In this document: positions 50,560 through 61,690 of the stretch, in pieces | How positions within the stretch are numbered: the stretch's first letter is position 1 | Layout of the letters: every line of letters begins with the position of its first letter | Source: Lama glama | Lineage: Eukaryota | Direction: 5' to 3' | Length of the DNA stretch: 64,000 nucleotides | Assembly (NCBI GenBank): GCA_028534125.1 | Contig: CM052816.1 | Location: forward strand, 56,608,001 to 56,672,000 | Notes under the pieces: generated by a model | Seen by the model: only the letters and a program-made list of their open reading frames with translations | What the model was told of the DNA's origin: nothing | Databases searched by the model: none | Made by a program: the position numbers and the translations under genes

Positions 50560-52020
50560 ACCTTCAAAATGTCAGTGGGAAGAGCTCCGTAGACTCATCC
50601 CCCAGCAAAATGACCCTAACTAGTGAAAACTACTTTAAAAAGCAATCATATAAAGTTTCTGGAAATTGTCCTCAGGGCACACAGAAACATTTACTTGAGA
50701 AACTACTAAATCTTGGTAAGGGCAGTAAGATCTGCGGCCCTTGAGCCACAAGCCATCCCTCCCTCCTCCCACCTCTCCCGCACTCAGGGAGATGGGAACT
50801 CCACTCTGGGCAGGCGTGGCCAAGAAGAAGGGGAGGGACCCTCTCCCCTCATCTCCCAGTCAAGGGACACAGTGTCTCGCTGAGAGGGAACAGCCACCAG
50901 GGTTGCTCGTCCTCTTCAGCTCTGACTTGCAGGATAGGTTTCTGGCAGTGCGGCTGAGAGGCTGCTCCCTTCCTTCCTTCAATCCCCGACTCACAAGGGA
51001 GAGGTCCTACCTCAGACATGGCAGGGCAAGCATACTGGAGCTCCAGGTGCCCTCATCTCAGCCTGCTCCAAGGGTGGAGATTCCATGCTGGGAGAAACAC
51101 ACAGAGAAGACCGAAGCCCACTGCCCCTGCCCAGCACCCTGCTCCTAAGGCAAGGGTGCCACCCTCTTCCCAGGGACTCAGAGCTTTTGCCTGGGAGTAA
51201 GGCAGACCACAGGAACAGAGAGCTCTGAAGCGCTTCCCAAGGGAACTGACTTTATTTGAAACAGACGGTGGGGAAGTTCAAGCCTAAGGATGCTCTCAAA
51301 AGCGCTGGAAGTTTCGGTGGCAAGCAATTAAGAGGCAGCTGGTCGCTCTAGGAGCAAGACAAATTAAACTGCAGGCCAGCTGGTTCACCAGAGAGAGCAA
51401 GGGCAAGAGGTGGCTCAGAAAAGCCCTCCTGGGGCCAGAACAAACCTCAGCCTGCCCCTGCAAAGGTGCTGGATTTAATAGGATCAGGCTGAGGAGCAAT
51501 TCATGCCCTGGCATTGTCAAAAACAGTAGTGCAATCAGCCAGCAAGCAGAGGTGACCATCAGCTGGGTGGGATACCTAACGAGACAGACACCTTAATAGT
51601 CAAACCAAGGAAAAAACAGTCAAGGAGAGCCCTGTTTAGACCACTGCTAACCTCGGGTGGCTGTGTGCGTGACCAAGTCTCACCCTCTGGGAGGTGACGT
51701 CATAACGTCATACTATGGGGGAAGCAGATTTCGCTGAAAGGAACCAGCCAAATAAACAAGGAAACAGCACCAGAAACAAGCCCCGAAGGAGATCAGGATC
51801 CAAAGTAGCTGTTTTATATTTCCTAAAAATGTCCAGTTTTCAACAAAAAATTATGAGACAGGAAAGGAAACAACAAAGTATGACCCACACCCAAGGACCG
51901 AAGAAACAGAAACTGCCTGTGACAGGGCACAGATACTGGATTTAACAGACAAAGACTGCAAAATAAGAAAGGAAACTAGGCGATAAAGGAAGACATGGTA
52001 ACAATGTCTCATAGGTAATA
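50560..52020 (+). mobile_element. Ancient L1 5'UTR and start of ORF1 (L1M4/L1MD-like)
   Basis: aaagtttctggaaattgtcctcagggca...ctactaaatct; later aaaatgtccagttttcaacaaaaaattatgagaca and cagatactggatttaacagacaaagact. Confidence 0.65.
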
Positions 52021-52029
52021 TTCATAAAT

Positions 52030-52420
52030 GACTTGGAATTCTTTTGCACTGCAGCTCTCTTTTCTCCCCATTTATTTATTTAATCATTTCTCTGTATCAG
52101 TATGAACACGTGGATATTTATCTTCTTTCATACTCTGGGTTATAATCCAACGCTCATACGTTTTGCTGCTCTCATTGGTCCAGCTTTGGCCGTTGGAAGC
52201 CTTTTCAGTTGACATGATCAATGAATGTACAGTTTGGTCGGTTTGGGCTTTTTCTTTTGTTTTCGTTTGTTTTAGCGCTTTTTCACTTTCTGGCACGACC
52301 AGATGCTCCAGGTTCATCTCATATATTTCCTGTCCAGTCCTAGAATCGGTCATTTCCCCACAGAACTCCGGTTTCTTTTATTGGAGAATGGCATTGGAAA
52401 CCACACTCTGGGTGCGAGGT
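52030..52420 (-). mobile_element. Old L1 (L1MC/MD-like) 3'UTR fragment
   Basis: ttccagctttggcc-like motif, actttctggcacgaccagatgctccaggttcatct, ttttattggagaatggcattggaaacca. Confidence 0.75.
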
Positions 52421-52429
52421 TTCTTTTCA

Positions 52430-52565
52430 GAACAATGAAGAGGTTCTAAAATTGACTGTGGTGATGGTTGCACACCTTTGCGAATACACTAAACAGCCCT
52501 GAATTGTCCATTTTAAATGGGTGAATTGTATGATATGTGAATCTCAATAAAGTGCTCATTAAAAA
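52430..52565 (+). mobile_element. L1MB-like 3' terminus
   Basis: ttctaaaattgactgtggtgatggttgcaca...tttaaatgggtgaattgtatgatatgtgaatctcaataaa. Confidence 0.8.
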
Positions 52566-53409
52566 GAGGGGGGGAAAAAGAAAATTAATCTCGGGGCGTA
52601 CTCTTTCACAAGCAAAAGAGAACTATATGGACAAGAACTGTGCAGAGTAAATCCTTTGCCAGCTAGGATCAGGCATGTGGCCCCAGGCTGTCACATCAGG
52701 AATTACTGCCTGCAAGTGAAAAAGTCTTAAAAACTAGTGAGCGCTTTTTAAAGAAAGCAGGACCATCCCAAATCATTCAAATCACCTCTTTCTCCGGGCC
52801 TAGGGCAGTATTACGTGTGGCATCGTTTGATTCGAGCTCTGAGACAACAGGATGGAAAGTACTCCAGAGCCCCAGACTCCTACATGCCTGGAAATGCTGG
52901 GGAGTTTAAACTAGCTTGTCTTTAATGGGAAACACTGCAGTAGTTTCTAGGCAGCTGCCATGAACTTTTAATGTATCCTGGCTGGTGAGACGCCCTCTCC
53001 ACCCACCAGACTCAGACCAGAGACCTGGGGCCATTCTGTGCCTCTAAAGCTGTCAGAGCGCATAAGCCTAAACAGGTGTGAGTGCTGCTCGTTTCCTGAA
53101 CACACTCAGGAAGCCCAAGGCATCCTTCACCCGTGGGCTGAGGGTGATTTATTGGCATGGAAAAGAGTAGGAGAAAGAGAAGGAGTGAGAATTCAGACCC
53201 CAAGCCACCTCTAGTGTTTGTTATCGCAGTTCCCAGAGAGACGCCCTGCTGCCCTTCTTGCCCGCCCTCACTTTATCAGTTGTGCAAGAGCCAAGGCGTG
53301 CTCCTGACTGCATGAACACACGTGTAGACATAAGCACAAATATGTACAGGGATTTAGATAGGGACACATGCACACACACGTACACGTATATATACATGTA
53401 AGAGACTGC

Positions 53410-53625
53410 AATGGAGTGGCTAAGGCATTAACCCCTCTAGAGTGAAGCGTGGTGGGTCTGAAGTCTGGCTCTGCCATGGACCAGCCTCGGGCCATGAGTG
53501 TGCTGCATCTGTGCCTTCGTTTCTTCATCTATAAATGGGGGAGAAAGTAATCTGCCTCTGTGATGACTATAACGAACACATGAGATAATCAATAGAGTCT
53601 GGCAAACACATGGCATTTTGTCTAC
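53410..53625 (+). mobile_element. MIR SINE
   Basis: ctggctctgcca...ctgtgccttcgtttcttcatctataaatgggg...atgagataat. Confidence 0.75.
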
Positions 53626-54529
53626 TTCTCGTTCGTGGGGGTGGAATCTGCAGCGTCCAAGGTCAAAGGTGCACACTGTGCCCGGAGAAAAACACTTCCA
53701 ACTGAGATGAACTTTAATTTCTTCCAAACGTTTTCTCTACTTGGTGATCTTACTTTTATTTGCAGTTCTATTAAAAAAAAAAAAAGCTTTCTTCTGATTA
53801 CAAAAGTCTTTCTCGCTCATTGAGGACACTTGGAAATAAAAGGATTAAAGAGAAGCTAAAAATCAACGGTATTTTATGTAGGCAGTACAAATTCACACTT
53901 TGATACTTTTCTTCCTTTATTTTTTCCGGGCATTATAACCTGCTTGAGATCACACTGTTTATAATACCATGTGTCCTTTTTATATTAAGCATTATAAACT
54001 TATCTGTTATCAGAATTATTTATAGACTTCTCATTAAATGTGCCATATTGTCCACACGTGTTTCTGTTCTCGCTCTTCTAAAACCCATTTAAAATGAAAG
54101 TAAAATAATTTTTTAAGTGTACAATTATAGAGATAAAGAGAATGAGAGACAGGTGAGAGCAAATAAAAGACGTCCCCAGTTCACACTGTCAGCATTGTTC
54201 CATGCTAGGCCCTTCTCTGGATTTCTTTCTTTGTTCCATAGCATCTCCATCCTCCCACTCCTCCCCTCTCCTCCCTTTGAGCAACAATTTTGGTGTGTTT
54301 CAGATCTATATTTTTATTTAATGTGCTCTTGTAAAAATGTATTCTATTCATGCATTGTTCTGCATATTTTTTTTTACTATTATGGAAAATTTCAGAACAT
54401 TCAAAGAAAACAGTCTAGCATAATGAATATCCATGTACCAATTACTCAGCTGCAAATATGATCGGCATCATGACATTTCATTGTCATCTCTTCTCCCACC
54501 CACCCTCACCCTCCCATTGGATTATTTTT

Positions 54530-55765
54530 ATTTTAATTTTTAAATTATTTTCAATTTTTTTCTGTTGAGATGTAGTTGACATATAACCTCAAGTTTAAGG
54601 TTCTCAGCATGTTGATTTGATCATTTTTATGTTGCAATATGATTACCACCATAGCTTTAGCGAACATCTCTAGCACATCCCGTAATGGCCATTTCTTTTT
54701 TTGTAGTGAGAACAATTGAAATCTAGTCTCTTAGCAACTTTGAAATTTGTAATGCAGTATGGCTGACTATCATGGGTACACTGGGTTTTAGATCTCCAGA
54801 ACTTATTTATCTGCTAGTTGCAAACTTTTACCCTTAGATAACATCTCCCCAACCCCACCTCCATCCCCAGCCCTCGGTAGCCATCATTCTACTGTCTATT
54901 TTCACCAAGTTCAGCTTCTTTAGATTCCAAACACAAGTGACATCATACAGTATTTGTTTTTTCTCTGACATCTCACTTAGCATAATGCCCTCAAGGTCCA
55001 TCCATGGGTAGCAAATGGCAAGACTGCCTTCTTTTTCACAGTTGAATAATATTCCTTTGTGTGGGATCCATTGATAGACACTCAGATTGTTTCTCTATCT
55101 TTGCTATTGTGAATAATGCTGCAATAAACATGGGAATGCAGGTAACTTTTCAATGTCCTGTTTGCATTTCCTTTGGGTATATACCTAGAAGTGAAATTGC
55201 TGGATCACATAGTAGTTCTATTTTTAACTTTTTGAGGAACCTCCGTACTGTTTTCTGTAGCGGCTGCACCAACTTACATTCCCACCAACAGTGCACAAGT
55301 GTTTCCTTTTTCCTACGTTCTCACTGACACTTGTTATCTCTTGTGTTCTGGCCATTCTGTCAGATGGCCATTCTTACAGGAGTGAGGTGATAGCTCATTG
55401 TGGTTTTGATTTGTATTTCCCTGATGATTACTGATGTTGGTAGAGCACGTTTCCATGTACCTGTTGGCCATTTGGATGTCTTCTTTGGGAAAATGTCTAT
55501 TCAGTCCCTCTGTCCATGTTTTAATTGGGCTATTTTTTTTAAGGAGAAAATCAAACAAAAGTTTAATAATATATATACACTGGAGAGACCCAGAAAAACT
55601 GAGTAACTCTGGACTGTTTGTGTTTTGGTTATCGAGTTGTATGAATTCTTTATATATTTTGGATATTAACCTCTTATCTGATAAATCATTTGTCAATATT
55701 TGCTCCTATTTCATAGGTTGCCTTGTCATTTGTTGATTGTTTCTTCTGCTGCGCAGAAACTTTTT
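54530..55765 (-). mobile_element. L1 (ORF2 3' part + 3'UTR), contains a small insert
   Basis: Antisense L1: ctattgtgaataatgctgcaataaacatggga, ttttgaggaacctccgtactgtttt, gtgaggtgatagctcattgtggttttgatttg. Confidence 0.9.
55533..55609 (-). mobile_element. Short poly(A)-tailed LTR-like retrocopy inserted in L1
   Basis: Non-L1 sequence with T8 at 55533-55540, ATTAAA (minus strand, 55562-55567), flanked by tgggctattt / tggactgttt. Confidence 0.6.
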
Positions 55766-55784
55766 TTAAAGCAATCTTAGTTTT

Positions 55785-56383
55785 TTAATGGATAACTTAT
55801 ACACATTGTAATGCACAAACTTAGCCACACAATCTTGCCTCACACCCTATTATCATATAAAACATTCTCACTTCCGCAGAATGCCTCCTCCTGTCCCTTC
55901 CCAGTCAGTACTCCCTCCCTCAGACCCTCATCAGAGAAGACCACTGGTTTGATTTTTTTTTTCATTTTAGATTGGTTTTTGGTGGCCTGTTTTAGAACTT
56001 CATATAAATGAAATCACACAGTAGGTACCCGTGCTCATGTCTTCCCTGACTCTGCATAGCAATGCCTGCAAGATGCATCCCTACTGCACATATGTCAGTG
56101 TTTGTTCTTTTATTGATGAAAAGTAGTTTGTTTATGAAATATACTACAATTTGTTTATCTATTCTCCTGTTATTGAGCATTTGGGTTGCTTCCAGTTTTC
56201 AGCTATTGTGAAAAAAGCTGCCCTTTGCACTCTTGTACAAGTCTTTTGGACATATGTTCTTATTTCTCTTGGATACATACCTAGAAGTAGAATTACTGGG
56301 CCAAGTCTAGGTGTATGTTTAACTTTACAATAAACTCCCAAACCTTTCTGACTTTGATTATCTCATTTTAAACTCTCACCAAA
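55785..56383 (-). mobile_element. Old L1 (L1MB-like), left part
   Basis: ttagaacttcatataaatgaaatcacacagta; catttgggttgcttccagtttt; acctagaagtagaattactggg. Continues at 57894. Confidence 0.8.
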
Positions 56384-57893
56384 CAGCAGCGTACCAGGAG
56401 TGTTTGACAGTGGGAGTAGATATTTTAGCTCTCTTTGCTATAGAACAAAAGTATTTTCAGCAATTTTCATGCAATAATCAGTAATAATCATTATTTTCCT
56501 GATTCATTCTTTAGGTTTAAATACCTAGTCGATTAAAAAAGAAACTGAAAATGCTATTTCAAAAGGATATATACACCCTTATGTTCATCACAGCATTATT
56601 TACAAAAGCCAAGACCTGAAAGTAACCTAAGTGTCCATCAACAGATGAATGAATAAAGATGTGGTGTATATATATATACACAATGGAATACTACTCAGCC
56701 ACAAAAAGAATGAAATCTTGTCATTTGCTACAATGTGGATGTACCAGAGGGTATTGTGCTAAGTGAAATAAGTCAGAAAGCAAAAGACAAATATTGTATG
56801 ATTTCACTTATATATAGAATCTAAAAAACAAAACAAACAAAACGAAACAGAAACAGATCCACCGATACCAAGAAGAAACTGTGTTTGCCAGAGAGGAAGG
56901 GGGCGGAGACAAGTGAAACAGATGAAGGAGGTTAAGAAGTACAAATTTCCAGTTATAAATAAATGGTGGCAATAAATTATACAGAATAGGGAATATAGTT
57001 AATAATATTATAAAAACTTTAAATGAGGACAGACAGGATCTAGACTCATTGTGGCGATCACCTTGCAATATATATAAATGCTGAATCACTGTTGTACACT
57101 GAAAACTGCTATAACATTGTATGTCATTTACACTTCAATTTAAAATAAACGAATCAATAATAAATTGAAAGTAAACCAATGTTCAATTTGTAAAATGTTA
57201 CTCAAATTCAGCAAACTGTTTCACACATGAATTAAAACGTTCACTTCTGTAAATAAAAATACTAGACCTAACAGTTCGGCCTCTATTCTGGTCGTACATT
57301 TTAAACACAAATAAAACCTTCAAGTGGTCACACAGAGTAACAGAATTCAAGTAACTAAGGTTCTGTTTCTTTGACTTTACAATCACTGTGTTTTCATTGT
57401 TTAAATCTATTGTTTAAATACAGGCATGTGGACTGCACAGGAGTTGGAGACCGAAAAAAAAAAAAAAGTGTGTTCTGAAGGCAGCTGAAAAGATTTTGGA
57501 TCTTAAGGCGCTTGTTCTCAAAACACATGTAGCTGAGTGTGAGCGTGCAGGAGGCTGACATGACTGGGAGGACTGGACTCCATGTAAAATGTGGTGATTA
57601 TTAAAGGATCAATAATAAAAAGGTGCTAATCTGAAGCTTACATGTACTTTATTAAAACTCAAAACCAACCCTCAACAATTGTTTAGCAGTGAGACCAACA
57701 AAAAGATATCTTTCAGGGAGAAGTGCTTTATCGCTAATGTTTCGAATTGCTGGCATATGTTGATAATAAAAAGCAGACCGACTTATGCGCAGTTTTATTA
57801 TTGTTTTTAAATTCTCTGTAGACAATGCACCCACCCACTCACTGCTTGCACCCAGGATGGCCACTCGCTCCCCCGCCTTTGGCTCACCCGCTG
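56384..57893. mobile_element. hAT-Tip100 DNA transposon, MER97-like, interrupted by L1
   Basis: Ends cagcagcgtacca... / ...ttggctcacccgctg; subterminal gttttattattgtttttaaattctctgtagacaatgcaccc; degenerate 8-bp TSD tcaccaaa / ccaccagc. Confidence 0.65.
56536..57160 (+). mobile_element. 5'-truncated L1 3' end nested in the DNA transposon
   Basis: atgttcatcacagcattatttacaa, cctaagtgtccatcaacagatgaatg, aagtgaaataagtcaga, ttacacttcaatttaaaataaa. Confidence 0.9.
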
Positions 57894-58235
57894 CCACCAG
57901 CAATTTAGGAAAGTTCCAGTAGTTTCACATCCTTGTCAACATTTGGCATCAACAGTCTTTTAAAATTTTACACCTTCTAGTGGGTGTATCATATCTCACT
58001 GTAGTTTTAATTTGCCTTTCCCTGTGATTAATGACATTAAAAGCTTTTTCATGTCCTCGTCGGTCACGTTGACATTCTTCTTTGTGTTGAGTTTTTGTTG
58101 GAGTGGTTCAGCTTTTTGTTCTTGAGTTCAAGGAGCACTTTATATATTCTGGACTCAGGTTCTTTGTCAGATATAAGCTTTGCAAATATTTTCTTCCAGG
58201 TCGTGCCTTTCCTAGTCATTTTCTTAATGTGATCT
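57894..58235 (-). mobile_element. Old L1 (L1MB-like), right part
   Basis: ccaccagcaatttaggaaagttcca...tctcactgtagttttaatttgc...ctttatatattctgga continues the L1 broken at 56383. Confidence 0.8.
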
Positions 58236-59148
58236 CTAAGAAGTCTTACCTGTAGTAATTTCTCCCTTTTCACGCTGTATTTGGTACACTTGCATGTTAT
58301 TTTCCTGATCATTTCTTCTAGAATCAGTCACTACTAGGAACACGTTAAAGAAACAGCACTAAGCTTGGTTATTCTCTGTTCCTCCTTTGTGTCTGTGTAG
58401 GTGGATACATGTGCACTCTTTTATTCATTTCTGTAACTCTCTTCCTTTTTTCCCTTCCTTCTTGTTTCTTTGAATGTTCTGCTATTCTTTTTCCAATTTG
58501 TGAGTTAAACCCTTGGCTTATTTTTGCTCTTAACCATTCTTATTTCCTGATCAATATATTTTAAAGCTACGTATACCTGAGACCTCCTTTATCTGTGGCC
58601 CTTTAAACTCTTAGAAAGAAATGGCATTATTAGAAGGCAGTTTTTTAAATATAGAAAATCACCAAATTTGGGGATTGGGAAAAAGAAGCAGAGAAGAAGA
58701 AATGTCCTTTCTTAACTGCTCTTTCCCGTAGGGTTTTTGCTGCTCTGATATTACAGGGATATCAGTGGCCTGAGCTACAGAGCCTATTGCGATGGTCCTG
58801 GGGCAGGTAAGGATGCTCCTGAGATCACATAGGAAAGCAGAGCTTGGTCTCTCTCCAACCCATCCTCCCCAGCTACCTCCGGTGGCCCTGGGTCCTGCCT
58901 GCAACCCCCTCCTTCTCCTCCAGCCCTCCTCTCCCATCACACACGCCCTTACATAGGTTTCAGTCTGCCCAAGCAGTGCTCACTTATTTTTTAGTTCTTG
59001 GAATCCCTGCTTTCATCTTACTTCAGTAGTTTCTGTAGGGTTGATACTAGAAGATGCAGCCAGCAGGCCATGGTGATCCGCTGTGTCTACGCAGCATCCA
59101 GGAATAGTCTCCATTTTCAACATTGTCTTAGCTATTCGCTACTCATTA

Positions 59149-59707
59149 TGTTAGGTAGTTAGATAAGTGGGGGCACCAGGCAGACAGGTGGAGGAGAGGG
59201 AGGATGGTTCAGAAGATGGTATTATGCCCACCTCCGCCCAAAAAGGACTTTACTTCTTCTAAATGAGTGCCACCAAGAAACCAGTTAGAATCTGACAGCC
59301 ATGACTGCGTGGTAGCAGAAAGGACTTAACTGGAAATGACCCAATGTTCATTGTACTATAATTAACATTGCAGTTTAGCCACACACGCACCCCCATGGAT
59401 TTTTCTGTGTACACTATGGGTAAGGACATGCCCAAAAGGGGCCAAACATGACTAAGCATTCCAGGGACAAGCGCCATCATCCATCAGGAGACCGCCTGTA
59501 AGTGAGGGTATTAAGAGAAAGAGACAAAAACGGATGCTTTTCCTCCATGGATCAGCCCACCTCCCGTTCTTGGAAGTGAACTTTTCTTTTCCTAAATAAA
59601 TCCTTTAAAATCTTTCACTACACAATGCACTCCATCTCCCATCTGCAATCTTGTCTTTTGGCTAAGATAAGGACTGGCGTCTTTCCTCTTTATCTTTTGG
59701 GGTAACA
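59149..59707 (+). mobile_element. Complete ERV1-type solo LTR (559 bp)
   Basis: TGTTA...TAACA inverted termini, perfect 4-bp TSD atta (59145-59148 / 59708-59711), AATAAA near 59595. Confidence 0.88.
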
Positions 59708-60634
59708 ATTATACTTATAGGTTACTTTGAAAATAATTTTGTCCATTCTTTCCCTCCAAAACCTCTCTGGGATTTTAATCATGATTGTCTCACAACAGTA
59801 AGTTCATTTGTGAAGAACTACCAGGTTTAACAGATAATATTGCCATCTGGTCATCTAGGGAGTGAGTTGGGCTATTTGAGCCTTATTTTGTCTCTCAATA
59901 AAGTTTTCTCCCTATATTCATAGGGGTCTCACAACATTCCCTGTTAAGGTTTTCTGACAATTTTATGTCTTTTACTGTGGTGGTGAGTGGGATAGTCTTC
60001 CATTTTACTTTGTAACATTCTCGCTGATCCACAGAAAAGTCTGTTGACATTTGTCAACACGTTAGCTCCTCATGGCTCTGCTGTCCTCACCTCATCCATT
60101 CCAATAACTAGGGAGAAATGGGTTTCAAAATGTCCTCTCAAAAGCAGATTAAAACCTGTAACAACTTCTTTTCATAGAAAAGAGAGGGAAAACTCCTGTT
60201 TGTGTTTATCTGGGGCTTTGTACTTTTCTCCGAGAGTATACGAGTCATTAGCCTGAGTATCGTGGTCCCATCACACATGTAATATACGGTGGAACCTATA
60301 GAGGAGAAATTTATGAGGCTATTTAGATTGAGAGAGGTCATAGCACTCAGTGATAGCCAGTGTTTATATTTTTGTGCGAACACACACACCCAAGGGAGAT
60401 TGGCTTATGTCTAGAAAGTACTCAGACATGACTAGACATGTCCACTGGCCTGGCTGACAGCAGCCAGCCAAAATGAATGAGCGCTCTCCCAGTCATTGGT
60501 GGATGTGCACAAAGCAGAGAGAGATCTGAGTCTCCCAGTGAATACAACGCCCACCCCACCACGGGGTCCATCGAGATGAGGCTGTGCCTTGTTTCAGCTC
60601 TCACCAGAGATGCCCAGAGGATGGGGAGGTCGGG

Positions 60635-60810
60635 GAGAGTGCAGTGTGGTGCAGAGGGTCTGGGGTCAGTTGGATGGGTTTGAATCCCAGCTGTTTAGTC
60701 GTTAGTAGGTGGGTCAGGCAAGTCACTTCACACTCTGAACCTCGTTTTCTCTTTTGTAAAATAAAGAAAATAGAACCTGCCAGATGAGTTGGTTTTGGAA
60801 TTTAAAACTA
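60635..60810 (+). mobile_element. MIR SINE
   Basis: gggtttgaatcccagct...ggcaagtcacttcacactctgaacctcgttttctcttttgtaaaat. Confidence 0.8.
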
Positions 60811-60899
60811 TCATCTATCTGGGGGAGGAGAGCGGGTGTATTTTCCATAGGAGCAACAATTCAGTATCTGCTATGTCACCGTTCACTCCAAGTTTACAG

Positions 60900-61690
60900 A
60901 GAAAGTAATAAGAATCCACTATCTTTAAATGATATATCATTTCATTTGCTTGCTTTGGACTTCAGAAAAATGGCACCATACTATATGCAATCTTGTAAAT
61001 CTTGGATTTCTTCCTGCTTCACTCAGTGTCTGTGAGATTCTGCATCAGGTGTATAGTTCTAATTTCTGCCTTTCCACTGCTGTATGGTACTCTGCTATCA
61101 CTATCTGCCCTTAAAGTTGCCTATTGATGAACTTTTGCATCATTCGGATAATTTTTGCTCCTACAAACAGTGTGCAGTGACCACTTGTAGGTGTGCCAGA
61201 AGTTACCTAGAGGTTACATCCAGGACTAGAATTCCTGGGTGATTCAATGAAGCCAAATCATTTTCCAGTGTCTTGGTACCCAAGCATATACTCCAAGCCA
61301 GTATGGAATCCTACTCATGTCATTGCCTGATATTTTCAAACTTCCCGATTGTTTGCCTGTCTGGTGGGTATAGAACAGGTTCTCACCTGGGTTTAATTCG
61401 CATTTCCTTCTTACTGGTGAAATGGAGCATTTCTCCCTGTGTATATCCATCATTTGTGTTTCCGTTGCCATCTGATGTCTATTTCTGTCATTTATCTAGT
61501 TTTTTGATTTGGCTATTTATTTTCATCTTGCTGTTGATTTCATACCTTTATTGATTCCTTATCTATTCTTGATACTAGACATTTGTTGGTTTGTGTGTTG
61601 GAATTCTCTTCTGCAAGTTTGGACCCTATCTCTTTAGGGTCTCGTCCAATAAACAGAAATTGTTAACTTTAGTTTCATCATCCTTTATTT
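60900..61690 (-). mobile_element. Old L1 (L1ME-like) fragment
   Basis: ttcctgcttcactcagtgtctgtgagattctgcat; ggtttaattcgcatttcc; tattcttgatactagacatttgttggt. Confidence 0.65.

Noticed and set aside
55334..55696. ORF resembling L1 ORF2 ([12 protein letters not shown]...[13 protein letters not shown])
   Set aside because: Real L1 ORF2 remnant but short, interrupted by an insert and frameshifted; not a functional CDS.
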